A DNA stretch of 64,000 nucleotides, taken from the human T2T-CHM13v2.0 reference genome, Homo sapiens. The stretch is from NCBI RefSeq assembly GCF_009914755.1, contig NC_060944.1. One strand, given 5' to 3'. The notes under the pieces were generated by a model, which was not told the origin of the DNA, searched no databases, and saw only the letters and a list, made by a program, of their open reading frames with translations. Positions within the stretch are counted from its first letter, which is position 1, and every line of letters begins with the position of its first letter. Positions 17,113-32,454 of the stretch are shown one piece after another. Made by a program: the position numbers and the translations under genes.

Positions 17113-19033
17113 TAAAAACTGATGCTAGAAGAGACGTTTTTTGTTGTTAATAAATGATTCTGCTGGTACATTTTTATTAACACATTCTCTCATCCCACTG
17201 ATCCCAGAAAGTATAGACACAGTACATGCAGATGAGGCTACCAAATGTGCTTGTCAAGCAAAGTGCAAAAGATGGCATGTAGTATGCTACCTTTTGTTTA
17301 AGATCCATGAATAATCTTATTTTTTTCAAATAGAATCATGAAAGATAAAAGCTAATACAAATGGTTACCTATGGGGGTAAAAAAAGGTTACCTGTGGGGG
17401 TAAAAAATGCTACCTATGAAGGATGACTGAGAAAAGGGGGGAAGGGCAGGATGGGGAGATCTTTGAACATTTCCTTTTTATAGGTGTGACTTGAATGATA
17501 CAAAATGTTATACGTCGTCAAAAAAGAAAATGTAGAAAAAAGGAAAATGGCAAACCTTTCTGTGAAGCACAGATTTATGAACCTAAATGTACATCAAATC
17601 AGTAAGCTGCACAAAAATCAAGTATATGTGGAATATATCCCTGGAATATACTCTTAGGAACAAAAAGTTAAAACATCTTGAACTCTGTGTTGTGGGTTTG
17701 TTGTCGGGAGCGGAGGCTATTGGTGAGTGTTGTGGGAAACAGAGTGAGAAACCCTAGGAGGGGCTGGGAACCAGGGTCCTCACTGTGGCAGAGGGAGATG
17801 CGATTATGGAAGATGGGCAGGTGAGGAAAAGCCCTGTCACGTGGATTTGAATGGGAGGAATCAGTATCAACTCATGATGTTAAAGAAAACCTGATCTTAA
17901 CAGATCCAAGAGGACCAGGAGCAATGACGCCCAAGTGGCAGGGAGCATGCCCAGCACAAGAGCTTGGTCTCTAACTCTGAAGCTGTTGGCTCTAACCAAC
18001 CATTCCCCTCACTGAATGGAGCTAGGGTTTCTCGGAGAAATGGCTGACTCTGGATTTGGGTCAAGGAAGGAACAAAGTGAGCCTGTGATCATCTTACTGT
18101 TCCAGGAAGGACAAAGTCCTTGAAAATGGATAAGAACACATCAAAAAGGAGCCTGCCTGATGCAGCTCTCATTGGCCTAAGTGGGGACACTTGGGAGCAG
18201 TGACGTTTGATGAGATGCACACACGTATGGGCTGTGGCAGGGCTGGCTTCAAGGATGTGCAGCCACCATAGCCACATGGGCCCTGTGCCTAGTTTAGTGC
18301 TCAGCTGTTGCCATCTTGAAATTGCTTTTTGAAAGAGAGGCGCTGCGTTTTCGTTTTGCACTGGACTCCACAAATCATGCTGCCAGCCCTGGGGAGGGGG
18401 AGGTCTTTGCTGAAGAACACCAGGTAGTAAGTGTAGAAGGGAGGATAGAGCTGGAAAGTCACTCAACCAATACTTGATTCAGGCAGAAATCATCACTGGA
18501 TACCAAAGACATTCAGGAATAGATGGTTGAGACCCAGACGGTTCTTAGTCTCAAAGTGTCACTCCATGGATTCTAAAGAGGAAATTATAATTCAATTAAT
18601 TATAAAAGGGGGAAATGCACTTTTACCATGAAGAGATCTGGCAGACCCCACTTGCCCAATGATGGGGGACACTTAGTTTATGTGCCTCCTGATGAGGTTC
18701 GATGGGAACCATAACCCGTATTTTTGCCAAAAACGTTCAACCCAAATCTAAGAAAACAGACGAATCCAGATGGTGAGAGCTTCTGTAGGATATACCAGTG
18801 CATGAAAGACAAGGGTAAGGACTGTTCTGGATTAAAGGAGGCCAGAGAGGCTTCACAGCCAAACGCAATGCCTTATTTGGATTCTGGATTTAAAAAGAAA
18901 AAGCCATGAAGGACAAGGGGACGATTAAAGTTTCATTGCAGACTGTATACTGGATAATAGTATTGTTTCAATGTTAAATTTCATGGGTATGATCAGCATA
19001 TGATCATGATTATGTTGGCTGGTGTCCTTGTTC

Positions 19034-20349
<1,316 letters not shown>

Positions 20350-20399
20350 TGAGGTAGGGGTGTATACAACTTACTTTAAATGGTACAGGGAAAAATATG

Positions 20400-20790
20400 T
20401 GTACATACATACATATACATATACACATATACATATACATATATACATACACACACATACACATATACGCATGTTTGTGTATATAGAGGCATACCTCACT
20501 TTACTGTGGCGGTCTGGAACTGAACCCAGAATATCTCCGAGGTGTGCCTGTATGTGTGTATATATGTGTGTGTGTGTGTCTATGTGTGTGTGTGTCTATG
20601 TGTGTGTTTGTGTGTATGTGTGTGTCTGTGTGTGTATACATGTGTGTATGTGCGTATATATGTGTATGTGTGTGTGTGGTGTGTGTGGTGTGTGTGTGTG
20701 TGGTGTGTATGTGTGTGTGGTGTGTGCGTGTATGTGTGTGTGGTGTGTGTGTGGTGTGTGTGTGTGTGTATCTGTATATATATGTATGAA
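20400..20790. repeat. Compound (TACA/CA)n and (TG/TATG)n microsatellite surrounding a 65-bp Tigger1-like remnant (20486-20550)
   Basis: Visible repeats; TA-GAGGCATACCTC...GAGGTGTGCCTG-TA. Confidence 0.85.
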
Positions 20791-20940
20791 TCTAGGTGAA
20801 GGGTATACAAGTGTTCATTATACTAGTTTTTCATCTTTTCCAAAAGTTAATGAACTTTTCAAAAAAGTTTCTAGAGAAATGTGTTTTCATGGCAACGAGT
20901 TCTCTTTCCTCCCTTCAGGGAACATTTAGTGCAAATCTAG

Positions 20941-21633
<693 letters not shown>

Positions 21634-23417
21634 TGACAGTGCCAGAATGAACCATGTCCTTTACTACTTCAGGCCTTTGCATGAACAATTCCTTGGTCAG
21701 GGATCAGACTGCCTGACACACTTTAACCGATCCCTCCAGGCCCAACTCAAAAGTCTCATCGTAGTCCAAGGGGCCTTCCCTAACTCAATCTTCTCCCAGT
21801 GACTGGATCTCTGGATTTTACTGTTCTACTTGCTTCCCCTTCCTCCTCCTGGCCACACACACATATGCGTGCACATGCACAAACACACACACACACACGC
21901 TATTGCGTCCCCAAAGCCTCACGGGTCCTGTAGCTTTTCAGAACTGATGTTCAACAAATGTATGTCAAATGAATGAATGAATGAAAATGCTAGAAAATAC
22001 GAAGCAGATGCACCGAGGAAATGTTTCTTTGAAGTATCGGATATAATGGAATCTGAGAGCCTCGTGGCAATCAGCTGAGTCTAAGCAGGCATTAGGTTTT
22101 ATAGGGGTGAAGTCTGACATGAAATTAACATATAAATGTAGATTTCAAACACCTAGAGCCATCTTACAAGATAGGATTTCAGAAATGTGTCCTAGAATGT
22201 GAACTGTACCAAAAAACATCCTAGTAAGTTCTAGGAGCTTTATTCTGATTTGTCCCAGAAGTTTTTAATCTTTTCTTCAACTTTGGAGCAAAGTCTGAAC
22301 ATCCAATTGAATGTGGAATAGGTTTCAAGCCATCAAAAACATAAGTTGATTTTTGGGTTGCATTAAAGATCTGGTAATTTGTTTTAAACTTTCATTTTTT
22401 AAGGAAAATTAAATAGAGTTGAATTTTTCATTGACAGTGAAATATATAGTAAGCCATGGATTAATACCTTCATAAAAATTTATCTAAACAAAGTGCTGCC
22501 TGTCTTATTTATGTTAAAGTCTGTAAAGTCAGCAGTGAAAAAGGGAAAGTACTTTCCTGGAATGTATTTGTATCTGTCACAAGCTGAATCTTGAGGAAAT
22601 TGGCAGGCATTTGAAGTGGAATAATTCCTTAGCGTTCTGTTTAGTTTGGATTTCTTCAATTCGGGGGTGGCTTAAAACCAGAATCACCAATATTTGCTTT
22701 TAACAAGCATCTAACGTTTTCTCTTGCTTTGTGTACACTAAGTGCTCAACAAATGTTGGTTGAATTGAATCATTTTGTTCATCCTTTCTGGGGACTGTCA
22801 GGGTTATTCAGTCTATTCTTAAATATGAAAGAATTCTAAAAGAAAAACATCTCCAAAATGACCTCTCCACCAACAGTTTATCTCATTTCCAACTCCTTGT
22901 ACACAAACCTGCTAGATCTGGCTTTCTGAAATGCTTCTTGGATCCCTCTTCAGTTTGCAAAATTCTATAGAGTGAGCCAGGCTCCCCAGTCGATCTCCTC
23001 ACCCACTCCTATTTTCCAGGAACCTTCTGTTCTAACCACACAGGTTTCAGAGCCTGCTGGACATATTCTGCGTCTGTGTTTCCTCCCAGGACTTCTCCCA
23101 CGTGGAAGGCCTTCTTTCTCAATCTCTTCGCCTGTGGAAGTCCTATTACATCTGTCAGGGCATGGCCTTAGTCTCTCACCCTCTAGGAAGATCCTCCAGC
23201 TGTCTCAGTCCTCTGGAGTGCCGTGTGCCTGTCTGCAACGTATTTGCAAACAGAAAAAAGAGTGAGAGATCTTCATACACACTGTTAGTACCCTTTACCA
23301 ATGTGTGAAAACATTCAGCTGCTGTAAAATCTTTTGAAGAAAATAAGATCCAATTAGCGTTGACTTTTATGTCGGGAAAGCTGAGGGTTTCAAAGGAATG
23401 CCTTTCAGTCATTCAAC

Positions 23418-23420
<3 letters not shown>

Positions 23421-23460
<40 letters not shown>
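23421..23460. repeat. T40 homopolymer inside an L2-like 3' end
   Basis: tcattcaacagc-(T)40-gagtgcctgctctgtgccagg. Confidence 0.85.
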
Positions 23461-23461
<1 letters not shown>

Positions 23462-23782
23462 AGTGCCTGCTCTGTGCCAGGAACTGGAGGAAAAAAAAAC
23501 AACAAAAAGTCAAAAAGACCTGCCTTCAGGATGCTGAAGCTCTAGTCTGTGGTGTTTCCAAGGGGCCAGGGACCATGGCTCAGAGCTGAGCAGACAGACC
23601 TGGAGCCTGTGGACAGGGAAGGTGAAAGCCTGGCTTGTGGCTCCCGGGGCTACAAGTTAGGGAGCTAGGGGGCCAGCTGGGAGGTCAGTGGTGGAAAACC
23701 TCTCACACCACGCCAGGGAGTTGACAGTGCTTTTTTTTCTTTTTTTCTTTTCTTTTTTTTTTTTTTTTTTTTTCATTTTTAG

Positions 23783-23839
23783 GCTGGTTATGAAGAAGAA
23801 ACTCAAAATAACAGGAGTGGCTTATGGAACTACATGGAG
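23783..23839 (+). CDS. NPEPL1: Alternative upstream/cassette exon of NPEPL1 (57 nt; AGYEEETQNNRSGLWNYME)
   Basis: About 50-nt pyrimidine tract plus AG; GAG|gtaaca donor; phase 0-0, no stop, in frame with NPEPL1 exon 2; in-frame ATG at 23834. Confidence 0.7.
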
Positions 23840-24529
23840 GTAACAGAGGAGGGTACCAACCAAAGGCCCTTGAGCAATCAGGATGTTGGGTAACAGATTT
23901 TTGCTTTTAAATGACTCCTGGGTGGAGCTTCCCCAATGCATCGTCATTCCCTGACCCTTGCATCTGACCCTGTGGGTGGGACCCTCCGCCTCCACCATCC
24001 ACTCAAGGCTCACCCCTGGCTCCTCCACCACCCGGCTCCTGCCCCACACCCCCGATGGCCTTTCCTCCCCTGTAAGGCGACTGAGGTGACTCAGGTCACC
24101 CTGCTCCTTCCTCGTCTCATCTCGTCCCTCCTTTCCTGCTTAGACTGTGCCAGATGACCCTTCTTGCAAAGGGGTGGGCGGGAAGGCCCCCCATGCAGCC
24201 AGGCAGTGCCTGGATTTGTAACTGGCCATCCCAGCAGCAGTGCCCTGGATGGAAAGCCACGTCCCTGTCACCCTCTCACATCCAGGGCAGTGCCTGGCAG
24301 AGCGGGGTCTGATAAACGCCAGGGAACCTCCGATTAAGTGAGGAGGAAGTGACCGTCCACGCTGTACCCACCATGCCAGGCAGTGGGACAAAAGGACCTG
24401 ACTCAGGTCCAAGAGTCACTGGGCCCCTCCGGCCTAACTGATGGGTGGCCAGGGTGCGGGGTCCCTGGGGATCAAAAGCAGCTGCTAAGGGACCTCGGGG
24501 GACCTGCTTGGGGCCAGCCTGAGGCCTGA

Positions 24530-25430
24530 CCGGGCGGAACTGCGTCGGGTGGGCTTGGGCCTACGTCGGCCCAGGCCCCACTGGAGGCCAGGCCCGTCCG
24601 GGAGGCGCTGCCTGGCGGGCCACGTCGCCCCGCGTGTTGGGCAGGGCCGCTAGGCCCAGGGGCGGCGCCGCTGGAGGCCGGGCGCGCGGGCCCTACTCGG
24701 CAGGGCCTGCTCGGGGCCGGCTTCGGGCCTGCCCGGCCGGGCCTGCCCGCACCCTTCCGCCCGGCCTGGCCGGCGCCCCCTCGCGCCCCGGGCGGGCCCT
24801 GCACGTCTCGCGAGCAGCCCGGAGCGGCGGGGGAGGCGGGGCCCGCGGGCTGCCGGGCAGGGCCGGGGCGGTGCCGAGGCCGGGCCGGAGCGGGGCGAAG
24901 GGGGCCGAGCGGCGGGCCGGGCCGGGCCGGGCAGGGCCGGGGCGTGGGCCGGCAGGAAGATGGCGAACGTGGGGCTGCAGTTCCAGGCGAGCGCGGGGGA
25001 CTCGGACCCACAGAGCCGGCCCCTGCTGCTGCTCGGGCAGCTGCACCACCTGCACCGCGTGCCCTGGAGCCACGTCCGCGGGAAGCTGCAGCCCCGGGTC
25101 ACCGAGGAGGTGAGCGGGCCGCCGGCCGCCATGCGACCCGCGCCGCGGAAGCCCAGGCCCGGGCGGCCCGCGGAGGCCCCGCCTCGCCCGCCGCACCCCC
25201 GCCGCCGCCGGGCCGGGCCCAACGAGGCCGGGCCGCCTCCCTGAAGGGCTCAGCCGCCAGGCCAGTCCTCGCCCGCGGAGGCCCAGCCCCAGGCCCCGTC
25301 GCCGGTGCGGCGCGGTGGTCCTCCTGTCAGCCCAGCCCTGCGCCCCGCGAGGCCGCGACACCTGCGGACGGCGGGGGGGGAGACGTGGCCGCTCCCAGGG
25401 CCGCGCGTCGGCCCCGCCTGGCGACAGGCC
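24530..25430. promoter_or_regulatory. NPEPL1: CpG island / NPEPL1 promoter with GC boxes and (GGGCC)n
   Basis: Very high GC and CpG density around the ATG at 24960. Confidence 0.9.
24960..25109 (+). CDS. NPEPL1: NPEPL1 coding exon 1 (MANVGLQFQ...RVTEE)
   Basis: Kozak aagATGG; gtgagc donor; 50 codons. Confidence 0.95.
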
Positions 25431-25795
25431 CTGGCTTCCAGAAGTTCCCATGGCAGTGTCCCCAGCTGCCTTTCCTTGGGGACACCTGGCCCCTGCCCCC
25501 TCTCTGGTGGAAGCCGCCTAAGCCCTATCCGAGTGTTGGAAGCAAAGCAGCCCCCAGCCTGGCCCTTCCAGTCTTGGTGGCTTCATCCCACCAGGGGGAT
25601 GCGAGCCAGCCTAGAGACAGTTAGCTCTGCAGAGAGGCGACACATCTCCCTAAGGATGGGAAAACGGTGGCCGGGAGCTGCGCAGTGCCCTTCCAGGACT
25701 GCAGGAGTGGTTGTGGCCGTGGCTGCAGGGCAGGGCCTCCTGGCACGTGGCCGCTGTTTGAAGCCTCTGTGTCTTGTCTCTCCCTTCTGATCTAG

Positions 25796-25981
25796 CTCTG
25801 GCAGGCTGCCCTGAGCACGCTCAACCCCAACCCCACGGACAGCTGTCCCCTCTACCTGAACTACGCCACCGTGGCTGCCCTGCCCTGCAGGGTGAGCCGG
25901 CACAACAGCCCCTCGGCCGCCCACTTCATCACGCGGCTGGTGCGGACCTGCCTGCCGCCCGGAGCGCATCGCTGCATTGTG
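25796..25981 (+). CDS. NPEPL1: NPEPL1 exon 2 (LWQAALSTLNP...HRCIV)
   Basis: AG/GT boundaries, 186 nt, phase 0. Confidence 0.95.
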
Positions 25982-26480
25982 GTGAGTGCTTCGAGAGGAG
26001 GCAGCCACGGTGCTCCTAGTCGGGCAGCGGTGAGCTCGGGCCTGGGGAGCTCACAGCCCTGCTCAGACTGCAGCGCACGCCCAGAGGGCTGTGGACGTTA
26101 TCATCCCTGCTCTGTAGACAGGGAAACAGGTCCAGAGAGACGCGGGGATTTGCCCCAGATCAGTTTTGGTGGCAAATCAGAGACTCAAACCTAGATTTCC
26201 TGAGGCCCACTTTGTGTCTGTCCCTCTGTCCCTCATTTTCATGGCTGGTCAGGCTGTTGACATCTGGTGGCCAATGTGTTATTTCTCTTGGAGCATGACC
26301 AATGGTGGTCCCATGGTTCCGGGGATGACCTGAGGGATGGGGTGGCGGCTGCTGTGGGACATCTCTGTCTAGATGTCACCTGCCAGGGAGCTGATGTTCC
26401 GGAGGCGTTCAAAGAGCAGCTCCCTGCACTCCCTGGTGGCGGCCCTTGCACCCCTCACGCCGTCTCCCTATGTGCCACAG

Positions 26481-26651
26481 ATGGTCTGCGAGCAGCCGGA
26501 GGTCTTTGCTTCCGCCTGTGCCCTGGCCCGGGCCTTCCCGCTGTTCACCCACCGCTCAGGTGCCTCTCGGCGCTTGGAGAAGAAGACGGTCACCGTGGAG
26601 TTTTTCCTGGTGGGACAAGACAACGGGCCGGTGGAGGTGTCCACATTGCAG
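26481..26651 (+). CDS. NPEPL1: NPEPL1 exon 3 (MVCEQPEVFAS...VSTLQ)
   Basis: AG/GT boundaries, 171 nt. Confidence 0.95.
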
Positions 26652-26949
26652 GTGGGTGTCTGGAAGGGCAGACACTGCCCCTGGGCCCGGGCAAGATCGG
26701 GCAGGTGGGAGGGAGGTCGGGAGAGGGAAAAGCTTGTTGCGGGGGCAGGAGGGGGTTCCTGCCCTTCCCAGGAGCTTTGGTTCCTGGGAAGCGGCAGAGG
26801 CTTTTCCAAACCCAGGCCCCCTGCCTCTGCCTCAGCGTGGTCTGTGACTTCAGGATTCTGTTGTATACAGGCAGTGTTTGTTGAGCACGTAATCAGTGCC
26901 AGGAACGTCCATGCTGTTTTCCAAATAACCCTGCCCGTTTATGTGAGCT

Positions 26950-27965
26950 CCGTGTGCACGTGTGTGATGTATGCACGTGTGTGTGTATGTGCGTGCACAT
27001 GTGTGTTGCTGTGCGTGTATGAGTGTATGTGCATGTGTTGTATGTGTGGGGGGTGTGTGTGTGCATGTGTGATGTGTGTTGCGTGTGTATGAGTGCTGGT
27101 GTGTGCATGAATGGTGTGTGTGGTGTGTTTATGTGTGGTGTGTGTTGCTGTGTGAGTGCTGGTGTGTGCATGAGTGGCGTGTGTGTGGTGTGTGTTGCTG
27201 TGTGTGTATGAGTGTTGGTGTGTGCATGAGTGGTGTGTGTGTGCTGTGTGTATGTGTGGTGTGTGTTGCTGTGTATGAGTGTTGGTGTGTGCATGAGTGG
27301 TGTGTGTGTGCTGTGTGTACGTGTGTGTGTTGCTGTGTGTGTGTTTGAGTGCTGGTGTGTGCATGAGTGGTGTGTGTGTGGTGTGTGTGGTGTCTGTTGC
27401 TGTGTGTGTTTGAGTTCTGGTATGTGCATGAGTGGTGTGTGTGTGTGCTGTGTGTGTGGTGTGTTGCTGTGTGTGTATGAGTGCTGGTGTGTGCACGAGT
27501 GGTGTGTGTATTTGCGGTGTGTGTTGCTGTGTATATGTGAGTGCTGGTGTGTGCATGAGTGGCGTGTGTGGTGTGTATGTGTGGTGTGTGTTGCTGTTTG
27601 TGTTTGAGTGCTGATGTGTGCATGAGTGGTGTGTGTGTGGTATGTGTTGCTGTGTATGTTTGCTGGTGTGTGCATGAGTGGTGTGTGTGGTGTACGTGTG
27701 GTATGTGTTGCTGTGTGTGTGTGTTTGCTGGTGTGTGCATGAGTGGTGTGTGTGTGTGGTGTGCATGTGTGGTGTGTGCATGTGTGGTGTGTGTTGTTGT
27801 GTGTGAGTACTGGTGTGTGCATGAGCAGCATGTGTTGCTGTGTGTATGAGTGCTGGTGTGTGCATGAGTGGTGTGTGTGTGTGTTGTGTGTGTTGCTGTG
27901 TGTGTATGAGTGCTAGTGTGTGCATGAGTGGTGTGTGTGTGGTGTGTGTGCATGTGTGTTGCTGC
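26950..27965. repeat. GT-rich minisatellite/VNTR (about 14 units of 50-80 bp; core gagtgctggtgtgtgcatgagtggtgtg...tgttgctgtg)
   Basis: Directly visible tandem units in NPEPL1 intron 3. Confidence 0.93.
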
Positions 27966-30900
27966 ACCCTTTACAGGGAGCACTTCTACATGTGTTATTT
28001 CACTCAATGCTGAGAATGATCCTTTTGAGGCTGCAAGGCCGGAAGTGATTTCCCAGCTCCAGATCCTTGGATGGGCCTGACATCAGGCTCCTGTCCCCAC
28101 GGCAGCGGTCCCAGCCTCTGCGCCTGCCACCTCCAGTCCCCGAGCCCACAGCGCCACCCAGGTTGTCTTTTCTCATGTGTCAGCGCTCATTCTTCACTTC
28201 TGGCTCTGGAAGGCTGTCGCCTTCACCCAGGCAAGCTCTCCCACATCAGCACTTGGGCCACACCTCATTTCTTTCACTGTGTGCTCTCTGAGGCCTGTAA
28301 CCACTGCCCCTCAACCCAAATTCTTCCATCTTCACCAGCATGAGATAGCTCCCCTTTTTTCCCTTCGTCTCTGAGCTTTTAAAAAAGTCTAACTGGTTTG
28401 CCTTGCTTAATCCTCTTTTCCCTCTTAACCCATGGAGACAGAGTTTTTGCCCCCATCCTGACATTGTTTTCTAAGGACTGCTGGATGGGGTGTTGCCGTC
28501 CCTCCTTGAAGTGCATCTGCCCCATCCAGAGGTCTCCCTCCCTCCCGCTGCTCCCCAGACTGCTGCCACCTCTCGGCATCCCCTTCATGGCCTCTCCAGC
28601 GTTCCGACCTGCTCAGCCCTCTCCGGGTCAGACACCAGCATCTGCCTCTTCTCTCTGTCTTTAGGGATTTTCTTCTGACTTCCAGGCCTGCCATCCAGGT
28701 GGGCACGGGTGCCCGCAGAGCCCACCGGGGGCTCAAGCATCACCCTTATTTCCGAGGACAGCAGGGCACCCTGACCTCTGCTGCCCTCAGTCCCTTCCCC
28801 TCCTGTGGACTTCCTGCTGTCCCTTAGACTGGCCACGCCCACTCCTGCTCTTGCTCCTCTGCAGGGGTCCTTCCCTCTCCAGCCCAGCATGGTCTCCATC
28901 CAGCCTCTGCCCACATTCCCTCCCCAGGGAGGCCTGGCCCTCTTGGCTAGCACCACCCTCCCATTTGTCAGCTAAACCATCACTACTAGACATGTCACAT
29001 CTTTGTTGATCTCCTGTGCTCCTCACTGGGTTGGGAGTCCCCAGAGGGCAGGGACCTGGTCTTGTGCACAGTGATCCCAGCACCCGACCCCACACATGAA
29101 AAAGGCCCAGTAAACATCTGGTGATGGAACCAGTGGGGGCAGTCAGTCCCCATGGCCCCCGACCCCATTGGTCCCAACTAGCTAGTGTGTCCTGTTTCTT
29201 GTCTTTGCTCTGCCCAGTGCCGTGCCTTGAGGTGCTCTCCTGGGCTGTGGCAGCAGTCTCCTGGTCACCCTGCCACAGATGGCCTCCTTCCAGCTCCTGC
29301 GTCACTCGCCTTCCAAAGGCACATCTGGGTGTGTGCAAGGTGGCATCTTCTGAGTGCTGTCAGCTGTCAGGCCCTGCGCTGAGGCAGGAGTGTGCACACA
29401 GCACGTGCTGGTGCACTGAATTCTCACTACAGCCCTGTGAGATACATCCTGTTGTCCCCACGACATTGAGTGGCTCACCGGGGCCACGGCAGCAAGGGGC
29501 AGAGCCAGGTGTTAAGCTGCAGCTGCCACCACTCAGCCCTCTTGGGTCCTGAGCACACCATCATCTGACACCCACGTGGCCTGTACTCAGCTTCTCCCTT
29601 TTCTTCCCTGCGGGAACCTTCCAGTCCCCACCCAGGACCCTGTCCCCTCTGCATCCTGTGGCCTCATCCTCTTCTGTAGCAGGGACTGGGACTGTGTACT
29701 GTGAGTCTCTGCTGAGCTTGACTCCCTTGGACGTCTCTGAATTCTCAGAGTCTTGCACGATGCCTGGCACATGTGGACAGAATGAGTGGTCCTCCTCTCA
29801 TGGTAAGGGACACCCTTCCCCAGTGCAGCATGGCTGTGTGTTGGTGGAGGGCACCCGCAGCCCTGCCCTCCCTCCCACAGGAGCGCTCTTGCGTCAGAGC
29901 CCCGAGCTCGCCGTGGTCTGGGGTCTTCCAGGTGACACCTGGCCTCCTTGGAGGCAAGTCACACAGCATTGACGCACTTCTCAGACAGTCCTTGTCGAGT
30001 CCCCACATGCCCTCACAGACAGAGAACCCGCTGACAGGCGGCAGGGACGGCTCAGGCACATTCATATCAGAGCTGTCAAGGTCCAGGTTTCTACCTTTGA
30101 GGCTTTGGGGTTTAATTACCTCGGCAGGGCGGGGGAGGTGGCCAGGCTGCAGTATCGACCCGGCGCCTGCTGCCCTGACATTATGAGACTAGAGGCAGGG
30201 ATGATAAACTTGCTGCTGTCCTGCACCCCCGCAAAACAGCGCTGCTCTTCTCTTAATATTGTCTTTCTGGTGAGCAAGGGAGGCCGTGCAAGCAGCCAGC
30301 TGTCTGAAGCTTCTGTGCCTGGGGATGCACAGTGGGGAACAGGGTGGGGAAGGGGTGCCCGCAGATTCAGCTGAGAGAGAGTGAAGCTCCCAGGGCAGAT
30401 GTGAGACACACATGAGAAGGCAAAGAATGGCCCAAGCCAGGGCTGAAGGACACATTTTTGGGACCCACGTGATGTGTGCTTTGGTGCATGTGCCCCTCTC
30501 TGCCCTGCCTTCGAGTGTGGGCTCTGAAGCCCTGCCAGGCCAGCAGGGCCCATGTTTTCAGTTCCTGGGTGGACACGTCAGTTCCATGAGGCGAGACCTC
30601 CCTCTGTGTCCTTCCCCTCCGTGCCCAGAACCGTGCTGTGTCAAGTGACAGCACTAGGGCAGCCAGACCCCCATCTGTCTTGCAGGGTTTATGAGGGACT
30701 TGCGTGGGACTCATGAGGAAAGCAACGGCCCAGAGGGAAGGCGTCTGGGAGGGCCAGCAGGTTCAAGCACTCAGGATGTAGAGTGCTTCTGCTTGGTGGG
30801 GAGGATCTGGAAAAGCTACTGGTAGATACGGCCTATGAGAAGTGCCTCGAAGGATGACTGGGATCTTGGTGGGAGGGAAAGGACTGTGGGATCTGCAGAG

Positions 30901-31293
30901 GTGAGGCGTGGGAAGCTCAGGGCATACTCAGGGGCTGGCATGAGGGCCACCTACCTTCAGTTGTAGCTGGAATCAGGGGAGAAACAGGACACAGGGCTTG
31001 GAAAAGATCCAGATACAGAAGGGCAGGACCCCAGGCTGGGGACTCCTGTATATTTGTGGAGGCGCAGGGTGGTGGCTGTGCTGAAGGTTCTTTCTACAGG
31101 TGGCCGGTGGCCCTGGGTTGCTGGGGGTGGGGCAGGCAGCGAGAGCCATGGTCCCCCTCTCCCCTCTCTTTGCTGCCCTGTCAGTAGCCCTGTGGGTGAT
31201 GTTTGCCTCTGCTGCCTTTTGTTCCTGGGGGATGGACAAGGGGAGAACATCTGCCTCCCACCTGGTCCCCAGTGATGGCCTTTTTCTCCCTAG

Positions 31294-31383
31294 TGCTTAG
31301 CGAATGCCACAGACGGCGTGCGGCTAGCAGCCCGCATCGTGGACACACCCTGCAATGAGATGAACACCGACACCTTCCTCGAG
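31294..31383 (+). CDS. NPEPL1: NPEPL1 exon 4 (CLANATDGVRLAARIVDTPCNEM...)
   Basis: AG/GT, 90 nt; M17-type AR.lv.tP.N motif. Confidence 0.95.
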
Positions 31384-31806
31384 GTTTGTGGCGTCATCAG
31401 GCCGGGGGTGGGACCAGGCTGGGGTGGGTGTCATAGACTCCCAGGAGAGCCAGAGGAAACCTGGGGCTGTCCACACCCTGACGTGGCCAGGGAACCTCAG
31501 GGCTGCCCTCGGCGGAGCGCTGCTGTCTGCCGGGCTCCAGGAAGCCTCAGGAAAGGGTGTGTGGGGAGGACAGAGCCTCCTCTTCAAGGCCCCTTGGCAG
31601 GACCACAGCCAGAGCTACAGGAAATGAGAGTGTGTGGAGGGTGAGCCCCCTCTTCTGGGTTTCATCACACGCGAAGCTGGCTCCCAAGCCCGGCTCCCCG
31701 ACGCGGCACAGGCAGCGGTTCATCCCTGGCCCCAGCCTCGGCCTCTCCTGTTTCCAGCCATCTTCATGTGTTGTTGTGCTGTTGTTTTTTCCATGAACAT
31801 GTCCAG

Positions 31807-31888
31807 GAGATTAACAAAGTTGGAAAGGAGCTGGGGATCATCCCAACCATCATCCGGGATGAGGAACTGAAGACGAGAGGATTTGGAG
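31807..31888 (+). CDS. NPEPL1: NPEPL1 exon 5 (EINKVGKELG...RGFG)
   Basis: AG/GT, 82 nt, ends in phase 1. Confidence 0.94.
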
Positions 31889-32454
31889 GTGGGTGGGGGC
31901 TGCATCCCTGCAGCTCTTGGCCTCGGGCAGTGGCCAGGGGCACTTGGGTGGCAGGGGGTCGGCGGGCCACATGGCACATTGTCCCAAACTTCATCCTGCT
32001 TGTGACCTGAAAGGAATCAGCCTGTGTCCAAGCCCAGTGCCGGACCCTGGGAAGCAGCCGTCCCTGGGGGAGAAGGGGAGGCAATCCAGATTCTGATTTG
32101 GATTCTGGAAGCTGCTAGATCCAAGTCCTTCCCTGCCTGCAGCCTCTCCAGCGTCCTCGCGTGCTGCACACCCTTACTCCTGGGACTGGCTCAGCAGGGC
32201 CTTTCTGTTCCTTGAATACACAAGTTCCCATCACGGCAGGCAGGGCCTGTGTGCGGATGGCTCTCCCTATCTGGAATACTTTCCCCCAAGATATATTTTT
32301 GGTGGAGGCCATCTCAACCAATGCCCCCTCCTCAGAGAGGCCTTCCCCAAGTCCCCAGACCCACCTTTCCCCACTGCCCAGGAACCAGAGGGGCAGATAA
32401 GTATGACTCAGCTGCCCCGTGGTGCTTGTAGACTGGCAAGAGGAAGGCGGCTGT

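Noticed and set aside
23840-23851. VTEE after the cassette exon matches the end of NPEPL1 exon 1
   Set aside because: Four residues with different codons and no flanking similarity; likely chance
24472-25790. Overlapping 160-250 aa Pro/Gly/Arg/Ala ORFs
   Set aside because: Expected in a CpG island; only 24960-25109 fits the spliced NPEPL1 frame
26893-28007. Long His/Thr-rich and Val/Cys-rich ORFs (also 20360-20929)
   Set aside because: Artefacts of stop-poor CA/TG repeats
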